A stretch of DNA of 64,000 nt from an uncultured Verrucomicrobiaceae bacterium. Its GTDB lineage: Bacteria > Verrucomicrobiota > Verrucomicrobiia > Verrucomicrobiales > Verrucomicrobiaceae. A model generated the notes under the pieces. That model did not search any database, was not told the DNA's origin, and saw only the letters and a program-made list of their open reading frames with translations. The stretch lies in assembly GCA_942493005.1 (NCBI GenBank), contig OW818661.1, forward strand, positions 2,791,060-2,855,059, in the 5' to 3' direction. Made by a program: the position numbers and the translations under genes. Shown here one piece after another: positions 44,196 through 53,257 of this stretch. Every line of letters starts with the position of its first letter. Positions within the stretch are counted from its first letter, which is position 1.

Positions 44196-45605
44196 ATGGC
44201 TCAAAACCTCGATGCCCTCCGCTTGGCCCTGCAACATTCACCGGATAATGTGCCCCTGCTGCTGCTCTATGCAGCGGGCTGCATGGAAGAAATGATGCAT
44301 GATGAGGCCGATGCCGCCTACATCAGCGCCCTGAAATACGACTCTGAAAATGCCGAAGCCCGCACGGGACTGGCCCAGGTGGCCTTGCTGCAAGGACGGC
44401 TCTCGGAAGCAGCGGTGCGCGCTGAACAATTGATTGCCCATAAGCCTGACTACGCGCCGGGTTACCTCCTGCTGGCCCGCATCCTGGTCACCGAAGGTGA
44501 GCTAGGCCGTGCGCGCAGTCTTTATGACAAAGCCTTGGTCCTGAACCCTGCCCTGTCCGATCCTGGCCTGGAGAAAGACCTTCGCAACATCAAGCCCAAC
44601 GAAGATGAAACAGGGGGCCGCAAGCGCGCGGGCCTGGCTTCCAATGGCGACTATGTCGAGGCCGATGACGAGGATGACGACGACGATGAGGATGCCCTGC
44701 CCCGAGGTGGCTCCGCGTTTGATCTGGGTCTAGCCGACTTCGAAAAACCGAAGCTCAACTTCAGCAGCGTGGGCGGAATGGAGGCGCTGAAGGAGGAGAT
44801 TCGCATGAAGATCATGTATCCGCTTCAGCATGCGGAATTGTTTAAAGCCTATGACAAAAAGGTAGGCGGTGGGGTGCTCCTCTACGGCCCTCCTGGTTGC
44901 GGAAAGACGCTCATCAGCAAAGCCACCGCTGGGGAGATCAAGGCCAACTTCATTGCTCTGGGGCTGCATCAAATCCTCGACATGTGGATCGGCAACTCCG
45001 AGAAAAACATGCATGAGGTCTTCGAGCTAGCGCGCAAGAATGCACCCTGCGTGCTCTTCTTTGATGAAGTGGATGCACTGGCGGCTGACCGCCGGGATCT
45101 GCGCCAGAGCGCGGGGCGAAATCTCATCAACCAGTTCCTCTCCGAAATGGATGGCGCCGACTCCCAAAACGATGGCGTTCTGATCCTGGGCGCGACCAAC
45201 GCCCCCTGGCATATTGACCCCGCCTTTCGCCGTCCGGGTCGCTTTGACCGCACGCTGTTTGTGCCGCCGCCGGATGAACCGGGCCGCGCATCCATCATTG
45301 AAGTGATGGCCGAGAAAAAGCCCATCGGCGAACTGGATCCACGTGCTCTGGCGAAGAAAACGCCCGACTTTTCTGGGGCGGATCTCAAGGCGGTCTTTGA
45401 CCTCGCCACCGAAGAGGTTTTGACCGAAGTGATGCGCACAGGCAAGATCGTGCCTCTAACCACGAAAGAACTCATCAAGGCTGCGGGCCGCCATAAACCG
45501 ACGACCAAGGCCTGGTTTGAGAGTGCCAAAAACTACGCCATGTACTCGAATCAAAGCGGGTTTTATGACGACGTGCTCAAGTATCTCGGCCTCCTCAAAC
45601 GCTAG
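44196..45605 (+). CDS. TPR-domain AAA+ ATPase (classical CDC48/FtsH-type AAA module)
   Basis: N-terminal TPR repeats, acidic linker DDEDDDDDEDA, Walker A GPPGCGKTL, Walker B VLFFDEVDAL, and second region of homology GATNAPWHIDPAFRRPGRFD. Confidence 0.85.
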   Translation: MAQNLDALRLALQHSPDNVPLLLLYAAGCMEEMMHDEADAAYISALKYDSENAEARTGLAQVALLQGRLSEAAVRAEQLIAHKPDYAPGYLLLARILVTEGELGRARSLYDKALVLNPALSDPGLEKDLRNIKPNEDETGGRKRAGLASNGDYVEADDEDDDDDEDALPRGGSAFDLGLADFEKPKLNFSSVGGMEALKEEIRMKIMYPLQHAELFKAYDKKVGGGVLLYGPPGCGKTLISKATAGEIKANFIALGLHQILDMWIGNSEKNMHEVFELARKNAPCVLFFDEVDALAADRRDLRQSAGRNLINQFLSEMDGADSQNDGVLILGATNAPWHIDPAFRRPGRFDRTLFVPPPDEPGRASIIEVMAEKKPIGELDPRALAKKTPDFSGADLKAVFDLATEEVLTEVMRTGKIVPLTTKELIKAAGRHKPTTKAWFESAKNYAMYSNQSGFYDDVLKYLGLLKR

Positions 45606-45611
45606 CACCTC

Positions 45612-46904
45612 ATGTCTGATTACGAAGCCACCAACGCCAGCACACACTTTGCCCGCGGCCGCCTTTTGCAGACGCAGCATCGGTTCGCGGATGCAGTGAA
45701 GTCTTACAAACAGGCGCTGGAGCTGGACGCCAATCACACACCTAGTTATGTCATGCTGGCGCTGTGCTGGCTGAATGATGATAGTACTGTGGCTAACGCG
45801 GTGGATGCTGCCCAGCGGGCTGTAGGACTGGAGCCGGAAGATCCCTTCGCCCATGGGGTCTTAGCCCTGACCTTGAATGCCAAGGCCAAGGATGGCCAGA
45901 CGAGCGCTATTCAAGACGCACTCAAGCATGCTGAAGCAGCCATCTCGATTGATCCCGACAGTGACTTTGCCCACGCAGTCACCGCTCGCATCCATCTACG
46001 ACTGCGGGATTACCCTCAAGCGGAAGCCTCGGCTCGCAAAGCCCTGCAACTAGATACGGAAAACACGATGGCAGGCGAGGTTCTATCGGCTGCCTTGCTC
46101 ATGCAAAAGAAGGATCAGGACCATCAAAGCCTGATTGATTACCAGCTCCAGCGAGATCCCGATGATGACAGCGCGCACACCAGTGCTGGCTGGCATGCGC
46201 TGATGCAGGGAGACCATAAACGTGCCAACCAGCACTTCATGGAAGCTCTGCGCCTCAGCCCCATGAGCGAAAGCGCGCGCATGGGACTGGTGGAATCTTT
46301 TCGTGCACGTTCAGCCATCTATCGGCTGCAGCTTCGTTTTGCCCACTTCATGAATCAGTTCACCGAAGGCCGGCAGAACATGATCATGATCGGTGGTTTC
46401 GTGGCTTACAAAGTGGTCAGCACCCTGCTCAAAGGGGTGTCCCCGGTTCTCAGTTCGCTCGTGATTGGTGCTTGGTTGCTGTTCGCTCTTTGGTCGCATC
46501 TCGCCCGTGGATTCAGCTCCTTCTTCCTCGTCATGGATCGTTTTGCCCGCCAGGCTCTGCGTCCTCGGGAATACTGGGAAGGTGTTGTCGTCGGAGGATT
46601 GATCTTCGCCTCCCTGGGCACGCTGGTGATGGGTTACATCTGGCAGATTCAGGCGGGCAGTTACTCCGCCCTGGTCTTCCTCTTGGCCGCGGTGGCAAAT
46701 GCGGCCGCCTTCACCAATGACCACCATCTAGGCCGCTACCTTTACGCCGTCGCGGGTGGCATCTCTGGCTTTGGGGCCATCTATCTCGCCACAGCTATCT
46801 TTGGTAGAATCGCCCTGCCCTCGGCTGAACTGTTTGGCGTCACGGCCCTGCTCATCGGCGTGGTGGTAAGCTGGCTGAGGCCCTTCCGGGTGCTGTATGC
46901 CTGA
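45612..46904 (+). CDS. TPR-repeat protein with C-terminal polytopic membrane domain
   Basis: Starts 6 nt after the AAA+ stop. About 230 aa of TPR-like repeats, then about 5-6 hydrophobic helices. Confidence 0.65.
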   Translation: MSDYEATNASTHFARGRLLQTQHRFADAVKSYKQALELDANHTPSYVMLALCWLNDDSTVANAVDAAQRAVGLEPEDPFAHGVLALTLNAKAKDGQTSAIQDALKHAEAAISIDPDSDFAHAVTARIHLRLRDYPQAEASARKALQLDTENTMAGEVLSAALLMQKKDQDHQSLIDYQLQRDPDDDSAHTSAGWHALMQGDHKRANQHFMEALRLSPMSESARMGLVESFRARSAIYRLQLRFAHFMNQFTEGRQNMIMIGGFVAYKVVSTLLKGVSPVLSSLVIGAWLLFALWSHLARGFSSFFLVMDRFARQALRPREYWEGVVVGGLIFASLGTLVMGYIWQIQAGSYSALVFLLAAVANAAAFTNDHHLGRYLYAVAGGISGFGAIYLATAIFGRIALPSAELFGVTALLIGVVVSWLRPFRVLYA

Positions 46905-46934
46905 ACAGCCTAACCATTAATTTAGCAAAAACAC

Positions 46935-49900
46935 TCAGGGTAGCTTCATCAGGTAGGCGAAGAAGTCCTTCAGGTCGGCATCGCTCATGCCGATGGTGAG
47001 GGATTCGGGCATGAGGGAAATGGGGGAGGCTTCCAGTTTCTCGATCTCCGGCTGCTTCACGGGAGTCTTGTTACCCGCGATGTCCTTGAGCACGATGCCG
47101 CTGGCATCCTGGGCATCCATGATGCCGGTGAGCATCTGGCCGTTCTTCAGCTTGACGATGTAGTTGCCGAAACCTTCGCGGATCTCCAGGCTCGGGTTGA
47201 AGATGTTGTCGAGCCAGAAGTCGGGGTTAGCACGATCATAACCGGTGAGTTCTGGGCCGATGATGTTGCCTTCACCGAAGAGCTTGTGGCAGATGGCACA
47301 GCGGGCCATGAACTGGAGCTTGCCCTTGTCGGCATCGCCCAGGCCGGTTTTGATGACGGCCTTGATGCGGGCCATCTCCTTTTCCTTGGCTTCAGTCGGC
47401 CCGGTCATGAGTAGGCCTTTCCAATGCTTTTCGATGGCCGCATCCATCTCTGGATCTTTGTAGAGGCTGAGCTGCCGAGCAGTATCAATGGTGATGTGTT
47501 TGGGCTGCACCTTGCCCTCGTTGACAAAGTTGATCAGTAGGAGTGCCCATTCCTTGCGGCCCGCCAGGGTGCGCAGAGCATCTTCACGCAAGGCTTTATC
47601 GCCGGCGATCTGGGCTTCATAACCAGTAAGCAGAGCCTCGGGAATGCGGCGGTCGTCAAACTTCGCCGCCGCCTGCAGGATGCCGCGCTTTAAACTTGGA
47701 GCATTGGTCCCACCTTTTAAGAGAGCCACCATCGGGGCGACGGATTCTTGTTTGCCGAGTTCCGCAAGAGTCTTAGCGATCGAGATGCGCTGAGCATTCG
47801 AGGCTTTGGAGTCCGAGAGGAGCTTGAGCGCGTCCTTGAGGGCAGCGGCATTGCCCGTGCGCAGGGCCAGGGCAAGATTGCCGCCGGACTGCTTGGCCAT
47901 GTAATCGTTCAGGGCCTTGGACAGGCTGTCCGGCAGCGGAGGCATTTCAGCGCCTTCAAAAGCCGCCGCGATGCCAGCGATGATCTTGCCACGCAATACT
48001 TCATCTTCAGACAAGGCCAGCAGATCGGCACAGGTCTGTAAATTCTCCTCACCACCGGCAAGGGCATAACGTTTGGCCAGCTTCTCCGCGAGATGCTCTC
48101 TGAAAGGTCCTTTGGCAAAATCCGGGCTGTCTTTCAAAAAGCTCAATATCACGTCCCTGTTCTTCTCTGCTTTGGATTCCAGAGCCCACCAGGCCAGAAA
48201 AGGTAGATGACCGCTTGCGTCATCAAGATTGACATCACGGATCACAGAGAGCGCCAAACCGGCTTGAAGGCGTTTCGCAGAAGCCAATAATTGCGCCCGA
48301 ACTTCAATGTTCTGACTCTTGGACAAATGGTTCAATGTTTGTAGCGCGTTCCAAGACATTGGGCGCTCCCCGACAATCTTGGCAGCCCACCGTTGCACGT
48401 ATGGGTCCTTGTGGCTTGTAATCTCAGGGGACATCAACACCTTATGGATAAACTCGTTAGCCATGGGATCCTCATAAGCCATTAACATGTCCAGCGTCCA
48501 GAGTGCATCCAGCGCATGCGGATCGTTGCTGCGGGCCAATTTTGCGAGTGGCTCGGTCAGCTCTTTCAAACCACGCCAGGCAATCTCCAGTGCGGCCTGT
48601 TTTCTAAACCATTCGTTAGGCTGCTGCAATTGGGCGAGCAGCTCCTCAGCGGGCGCTTTCGACAGGTTGAACGGTTTCAGCTTAGGAGCACCGGCAGCCG
48701 GACGCACGCGATAGATACGGCCGCTGGTCTTGTGCCAGTCATCTACTGGGCTGACGTGGCTGAGGCGTGTGTCATACCAGTCGGCCATGTAAAAACCGCC
48801 ATCGGGGCCGACGCCTGCCCAGACCGGGCGGAACCAGCGGTCGGGGGAGCTCATTAGATTATCCTCGTCTTTGGTGCGGAAGGTGGAGCCATGCGGGAAA
48901 CGTTCGCTGACATAAACCACATTCGCTAGGGAGTTTGGCGCGATGATCTTGCCCTCGTAGGCACTGCCGAGCAGACCGCCTTCATAGATTGCGAAGGCCT
49001 GAGGGAAACGTTTGTTGTCTCCTTCGTGCTTCATGTGCTCGAACCAGCCGAACGCGTAGGGGTTGGTCAGCGGACCGTGCTTGCCCCAACCTTTGATGCC
49101 GTAGCTGCCCTGCTCATAGTGCATGCCACGGGTGCTACCGTTGTTGGTGCCAGAGAAAACTCGACCCTTGCTGTCAATGTCCAGGCTGAAGGTATTGCCA
49201 CCGCCCTCAGCGTAGATCTCGAAGAGCTTTTTGTTAGGATGATAACGCCAGATGCACTGGCCTTCCCACTTCACATTTTTGGTATTGGCGCTGCTGACAT
49301 TGCCAGTGGTGGTGCTGCCATTGGCCCCATAAAGCCAGCCATCCAGGCCCCACTGAAGATTGGTGGCCACGGCGTGGGTATCTTCCAAGCCAAAACCGGT
49401 GAGTTCCACCTCAGGGTCTCCATCGGGTAGGCCATCCTGGTTGGCATCGGGATAACTGAGCAGGTAAGGCGGGTTCAGCACCCAGATGCGGCTCATGCCG
49501 GGCAGGGCGGCGCTGGCGATATTCAGGCCGGTGATCACATCCGTGTGCTTGTCGAAAGCGCCGTCGCCATCGGTGTCTTCAAAGACGGTGATCTTGTCCG
49601 CGCCCTTTTCGCCACGCGGAGGCGGCAGAGGCACCTTGTCAAACTTGGCGCGCAGGTGCTGGTCGTAACTGACGATCTTCAGCCCCGCCGGAAACTGATA
49701 CTGGCGATACTGAGTGACCCACATGCGGCCTTTGGAATCCCAACTGGCGTAAAGAGGCTGCTCCACAGCAGGTTCCGAGGCCATGAGATCCACCGCCACA
49801 TCGCTGCGGGTGGCGAATTTTTTCACGGCCTCCAGAGGAGGCGTCGGTGGGGTGTCGTCAGCCATCACTCCACGGCCTTTGCGTGTCTCCATGATCTTTT

Positions 49901-49997
49901 TGACCTCCTCATTGCCAGCCACGGCTCCAGGCTGCTGCGCAGAGATGGGCAGGCTGAGGCCAAGCAAGGCGGGGAGAAGCGTGCGCGAAAAAGTCAT
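46935..49997 (-). CDS. PVC-type heme-binding protein with membrane-bound-dehydrogenase-like and HEAT-repeat domains
   Basis: Signal peptide MTFSRTLLPALLGLSLPISA. N-terminal WDSKGRMWVTQYRQYQFP module, HEAT-like middle region, C-terminal CAICHKLFGEG heme motif. Start set at ATG 49997. Confidence 0.8.
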   Translation of the reverse strand: MTFSRTLLPALLGLSLPISAQQPGAVAGNEEVKKIMETRKGRGVMADDTPPTPPLEAVKKFATRSDVAVDLMASEPAVEQPLYASWDSKGRMWVTQYRQYQFPAGLKIVSYDQHLRAKFDKVPLPPPRGEKGADKITVFEDTDGDGAFDKHTDVITGLNIASAALPGMSRIWVLNPPYLLSYPDANQDGLPDGDPEVELTGFGLEDTHAVATNLQWGLDGWLYGANGSTTTGNVSSANTKNVKWEGQCIWRYHPNKKLFEIYAEGGGNTFSLDIDSKGRVFSGTNNGSTRGMHYEQGSYGIKGWGKHGPLTNPYAFGWFEHMKHEGDNKRFPQAFAIYEGGLLGSAYEGKIIAPNSLANVVYVSERFPHGSTFRTKDEDNLMSSPDRWFRPVWAGVGPDGGFYMADWYDTRLSHVSPVDDWHKTSGRIYRVRPAAGAPKLKPFNLSKAPAEELLAQLQQPNEWFRKQAALEIAWRGLKELTEPLAKLARSNDPHALDALWTLDMLMAYEDPMANEFIHKVLMSPEITSHKDPYVQRWAAKIVGERPMSWNALQTLNHLSKSQNIEVRAQLLASAKRLQAGLALSVIRDVNLDDASGHLPFLAWWALESKAEKNRDVILSFLKDSPDFAKGPFREHLAEKLAKRYALAGGEENLQTCADLLALSEDEVLRGKIIAGIAAAFEGAEMPPLPDSLSKALNDYMAKQSGGNLALALRTGNAAALKDALKLLSDSKASNAQRISIAKTLAELGKQESVAPMVALLKGGTNAPSLKRGILQAAAKFDDRRIPEALLTGYEAQIAGDKALREDALRTLAGRKEWALLLINFVNEGKVQPKHITIDTARQLSLYKDPEMDAAIEKHWKGLLMTGPTEAKEKEMARIKAVIKTGLGDADKGKLQFMARCAICHKLFGEGNIIGPELTGYDRANPDFWLDNIFNPSLEIREGFGNYIVKLKNGQMLTGIMDAQDASGIVLKDIAGNKTPVKQPEIEKLEASPISLMPESLTIGMSDADLKDFFAYLMKLP

Positions 49998-50188
49998 GGA
50001 AGATAGAACAGAGAAGCAGTGGGGGTTTCCTGCGGGCTTGTTATGAGAGGTGGTATTCCTGTGACTTTGGGCGTTGGCGTAAAGCGGAACGAAGCAAGCG
50101 AGATCCTGCAACCGGAGAGTGCAGGATACTTAGAGCAAGGGGGCTTCGAGGTTCAAGATGCCGCACTCGGAGAGTGCAGGGTACTGTA

Positions 50189-53119
50189 CTATTCACGTGA
50201 GCCAGGTGTGATCTTCAGTTCGACCTCCTTGCCTTCGCGGATGACGGTGATGGAGGTTTCTTTGCCAATCTTTAACTCACCCATGAGGGAGGTGTAATCA
50301 TAGATGTTGAGGACATCTTTCCCGGCGAGTTTGACGATGATGTCGCCGCCTTTGACACCGGCTTTGCCCGCAGGACCGATGGGAGAGACGCCGCTGAGTT
50401 TCACGCCTTTGACGTCGCCCTGAGCATAGTCCGGGATGGTGCCGAGGTAGGCGCGCAGACCGCCGCGGCTGTCTTTGTTTTTCGGGGCCTCCATGGCCAC
50501 GAAATCGGGATTGGTATCCGCCGTGGCCACACCGCGTGCAATGAGGCCCATGAGTTTGGTGATCCTGGCGGCGTTGACGTAGTCAATCTTGTCCGCTGTA
50601 TCGCTGGGTTTGTGATAGTCCTCATGGCTCCCGGTGAAGGCGTTCAGCGTGGGGATGCCGCGCTGGTAGAAGATGGTGCTATCGGTCGGCAGGTAGGCAT
50701 CGGTCTGCGTTGTGATGGGCAGGCCGATGGGGGCGTTGCGTTTCTCGATCTCCTTCGGCCACCAAGTGCTGGAGCCGACCCCTTGAAGCACGAGCGTTTT
50801 CTGGAAACGGCCGATCATGTCCATGTTCAGACAGGCGGCGAACATGCCCGTGAGCTTACCATTCGGATCGCCCTTAAACATCTTGGCCAGGGCCTCGACG
50901 TAATGGCTACTGCCTAACAAACCAAGTTCTTCACCGGACCAGGTAGCGAAGATGACATCGCGGGTGAGCTTCACCTTGCCCTGCTTCTTTTGCTCGGCCA
51001 GCCACTGGGCGATTTCGATCACGCCGGCCACGCCGCTGGCATTGTCATCGGCACCATGATGGATCTTGTTGGACTCATCGCCTTTGGCGCGTGAATTGCT
51101 GCCGCCTTTGCTACCCAGGTGGTCAATGTGAGCACAAACAATAAGCGGGGCGACATGCGGATCGGGTTTATCACGGGCGGGCAACACCCCGATGACATTG
51201 CGGCCGGTTTTCTTCTCCTGGCGGATGTCAATCTGGGCGCTGAACTTCAGGCCTTTGCAGTCAATGCCGCCCATGAGATCGCCCGTATCCAGCTTGTCCT
51301 GGAGTTCCTTGAGGGTCTTGCCAGCCGGTTTCAGGAGGTCATTAGCCAAAGCATCGGTGATGCTGATGGCGGCGAGGCCGGAGCTGGCCAGAGAGGCATC
51401 GAAGGACATAGGAACGAGCTGCTCCACCACTTTGCTGTTCGGCCCACTGACGATGATGAGACCGCGAGCACCTTTCTGACGTGCAACTAGGGCTTTGTGG
51501 CGCAGGCTGGCGTAGCGAGTGAGTTCATTGCGCCGTTCCTGGGTGATGCCTTCCGGCAGGTAACGCAGCACGAGCACCCATTTGTCCTTCACCTCCAGGT
51601 GAGCATAGCTGCTGTAAGTCTCCATCTTTTTCCCGTTCTCGCTGGTGGCTTCATCTGGGGTCTCGATGCCGTAACCTGCAAAGACAATGTCGCTGGCTGC
51701 CACTTCGCCTAACTGAGAGAATGACAAAGGTCGCCAGTCTTTATCGGTGACGAGACTTTTGCCTTCGGGCTGGAGGGTCAAGCGATTGCCATCGCCCAAG
51801 GCGACACCGGCGGTGAATTCAAAGAGCTCGAACCATTCCTCGTCTCCATAGGGCACAAGGCCGATGCCTTTAAACACATCCGCCACATACTGAGTGGCCA
51901 GCTTTTCGCCAGGAGTTCCGGTGAGGCGGCCATCCATGACATCGCTGGCGAGGTAGGTCACATGCTGGCGCAAGTCGGCCTCGGTCACCTCGCCCTGTGT
52001 GATGGCGAAATCGGGCTGTTCAGCCGGTTTGGCGGTGTTGACCGTTGGCTCATCGTTGGCCAATCCCAAGGCTTTCCGTGCAGCTTCGTGGTTCCAGTCG
52101 GCCAGGAAAATCTGGCTCTGGCCATTGCTGGTGCGTCCGGTGGTCCAGGAGAGTTTTTTGCCATCGGGCGTGAAGACTGGCAGGCCATCAAAACCATCCG
52201 TAGTGGTCACGCGCACGGGGTCGTGCTTGCCTGCGGCATCCACGATGTAGAGCTCGAAATTGGCAAAGCCATTGAGGTTGGTGGTGAAGATGAGGTAATC
52301 ACCGCTGGGGTGAAAATATGGAGCCCAGCTCATGGCACCCAGCTTGGTGATAGGGCGTGCGTCGCTGCCATCGGTGTTCATTGTCCACACTTCTGCCACA
52401 TCGCCCTTCGGGGTGAACCGGCGCCAGCAGATTCGTTTGCCATCGGCACTGAAAAAGGGGCCGCCATCATAACCTGGCACGTCGGTCAACCGCTTCACGT
52501 TCTGGCCATCGGCATCACTCACGTAGATGTCCATGAAGTACTGCTTGTCCACCTTCAGGCGCTCCGCGTCTTCTTTGGACAACTCTTTTTCATAAGCCGA
52601 GCGATTGCTGGCAAAGACGAGTTGTTTGCCATCCGGGGACCAGCCGCCTTCGGCATCGTAACCGCGTGTCTTTGTCAGGTTTTTCAGGCTTTTGTCCGCT
52701 AGGGTATATTCCCAGAGGTCGTAGTTTTCATCGTAGTCCCAGGAGTATTTGCGCACACGGCTGGTGGCGCGGTCCTTGATTTCAGCCTCCTGCAGTTCCT
52801 TGGATTTAGGGTCGGTGTGCGTGCTGGCAAAGAGCACGCGTTTGCCATCGGGATGGATCCAGGCGCAGGTGGTCTTGCCCATACCAGGGGAGATGCGCTC
52901 CTGGTCGCCGGTCTCCAGATCCATGAGGTAGATCTGGTAAAAGGGGTTCCCTTCTTCGCGCTCTGACTGGAAGACCATCTTGGTGCCATCGGCACTGAAA
53001 TACCCTTCCCCGGCCCGGCGACCTTCAAAGGTGAGCTGGCGGATGTTCGTGAGGTAATCGGCCTCCGTCTGGGCAAAGGCCGAGGTGAGAATCAAGCAAA
53101 GGGGGACGAGCAAGCGCAT
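50189..53119 (-). CDS. secreted multidomain protease: TolB-like beta-propeller + PA + M28 aminopeptidase + PDZ
   Basis: PD40-type repeats (FSADGTKMVF, WSPDGKQLVF, FTPDGKKLSW). M28 Zn ligands (AHIDHLG, GADDNASG, SGEELGLLGS). C-terminal PDZ (GVSPIGPAGKAGVKGGDIIVKLAG). Confidence 0.8.
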   Translation of the reverse strand: MRLLVPLCLILTSAFAQTEADYLTNIRQLTFEGRRAGEGYFSADGTKMVFQSEREEGNPFYQIYLMDLETGDQERISPGMGKTTCAWIHPDGKRVLFASTHTDPKSKELQEAEIKDRATSRVRKYSWDYDENYDLWEYTLADKSLKNLTKTRGYDAEGGWSPDGKQLVFASNRSAYEKELSKEDAERLKVDKQYFMDIYVSDADGQNVKRLTDVPGYDGGPFFSADGKRICWRRFTPKGDVAEVWTMNTDGSDARPITKLGAMSWAPYFHPSGDYLIFTTNLNGFANFELYIVDAAGKHDPVRVTTTDGFDGLPVFTPDGKKLSWTTGRTSNGQSQIFLADWNHEAARKALGLANDEPTVNTAKPAEQPDFAITQGEVTEADLRQHVTYLASDVMDGRLTGTPGEKLATQYVADVFKGIGLVPYGDEEWFELFEFTAGVALGDGNRLTLQPEGKSLVTDKDWRPLSFSQLGEVAASDIVFAGYGIETPDEATSENGKKMETYSSYAHLEVKDKWVLVLRYLPEGITQERRNELTRYASLRHKALVARQKGARGLIIVSGPNSKVVEQLVPMSFDASLASSGLAAISITDALANDLLKPAGKTLKELQDKLDTGDLMGGIDCKGLKFSAQIDIRQEKKTGRNVIGVLPARDKPDPHVAPLIVCAHIDHLGSKGGSNSRAKGDESNKIHHGADDNASGVAGVIEIAQWLAEQKKQGKVKLTRDVIFATWSGEELGLLGSSHYVEALAKMFKGDPNGKLTGMFAACLNMDMIGRFQKTLVLQGVGSSTWWPKEIEKRNAPIGLPITTQTDAYLPTDSTIFYQRGIPTLNAFTGSHEDYHKPSDTADKIDYVNAARITKLMGLIARGVATADTNPDFVAMEAPKNKDSRGGLRAYLGTIPDYAQGDVKGVKLSGVSPIGPAGKAGVKGGDIIVKLAGKDVLNIYDYTSLMGELKIGKETSITVIREGKEVELKITPGSRE

Positions 53120-53257
53120 GATGAGAAAGGGAAGAACATACGCACCCAGACGCGTCTTGCAGTCAAGGGAACGATGAAGAATGCCCTCCGGCAGTTTCTT
53201 ACGAGTGATTTGTTTTCAAACTTGATCCCTCGCCAGCGAATCCGTCATGCTAGAAAA

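Noticed and set aside
50105-50186. 13-nt direct repeat cggagagtgcagg (50113-50125 and 50168-50180), with small hairpins, between the protease gene and the heme-binding gene.
   Set aside because: It is short, has no T-run and is present only twice. It could be a weak terminator or operator, but I cannot support either reading.
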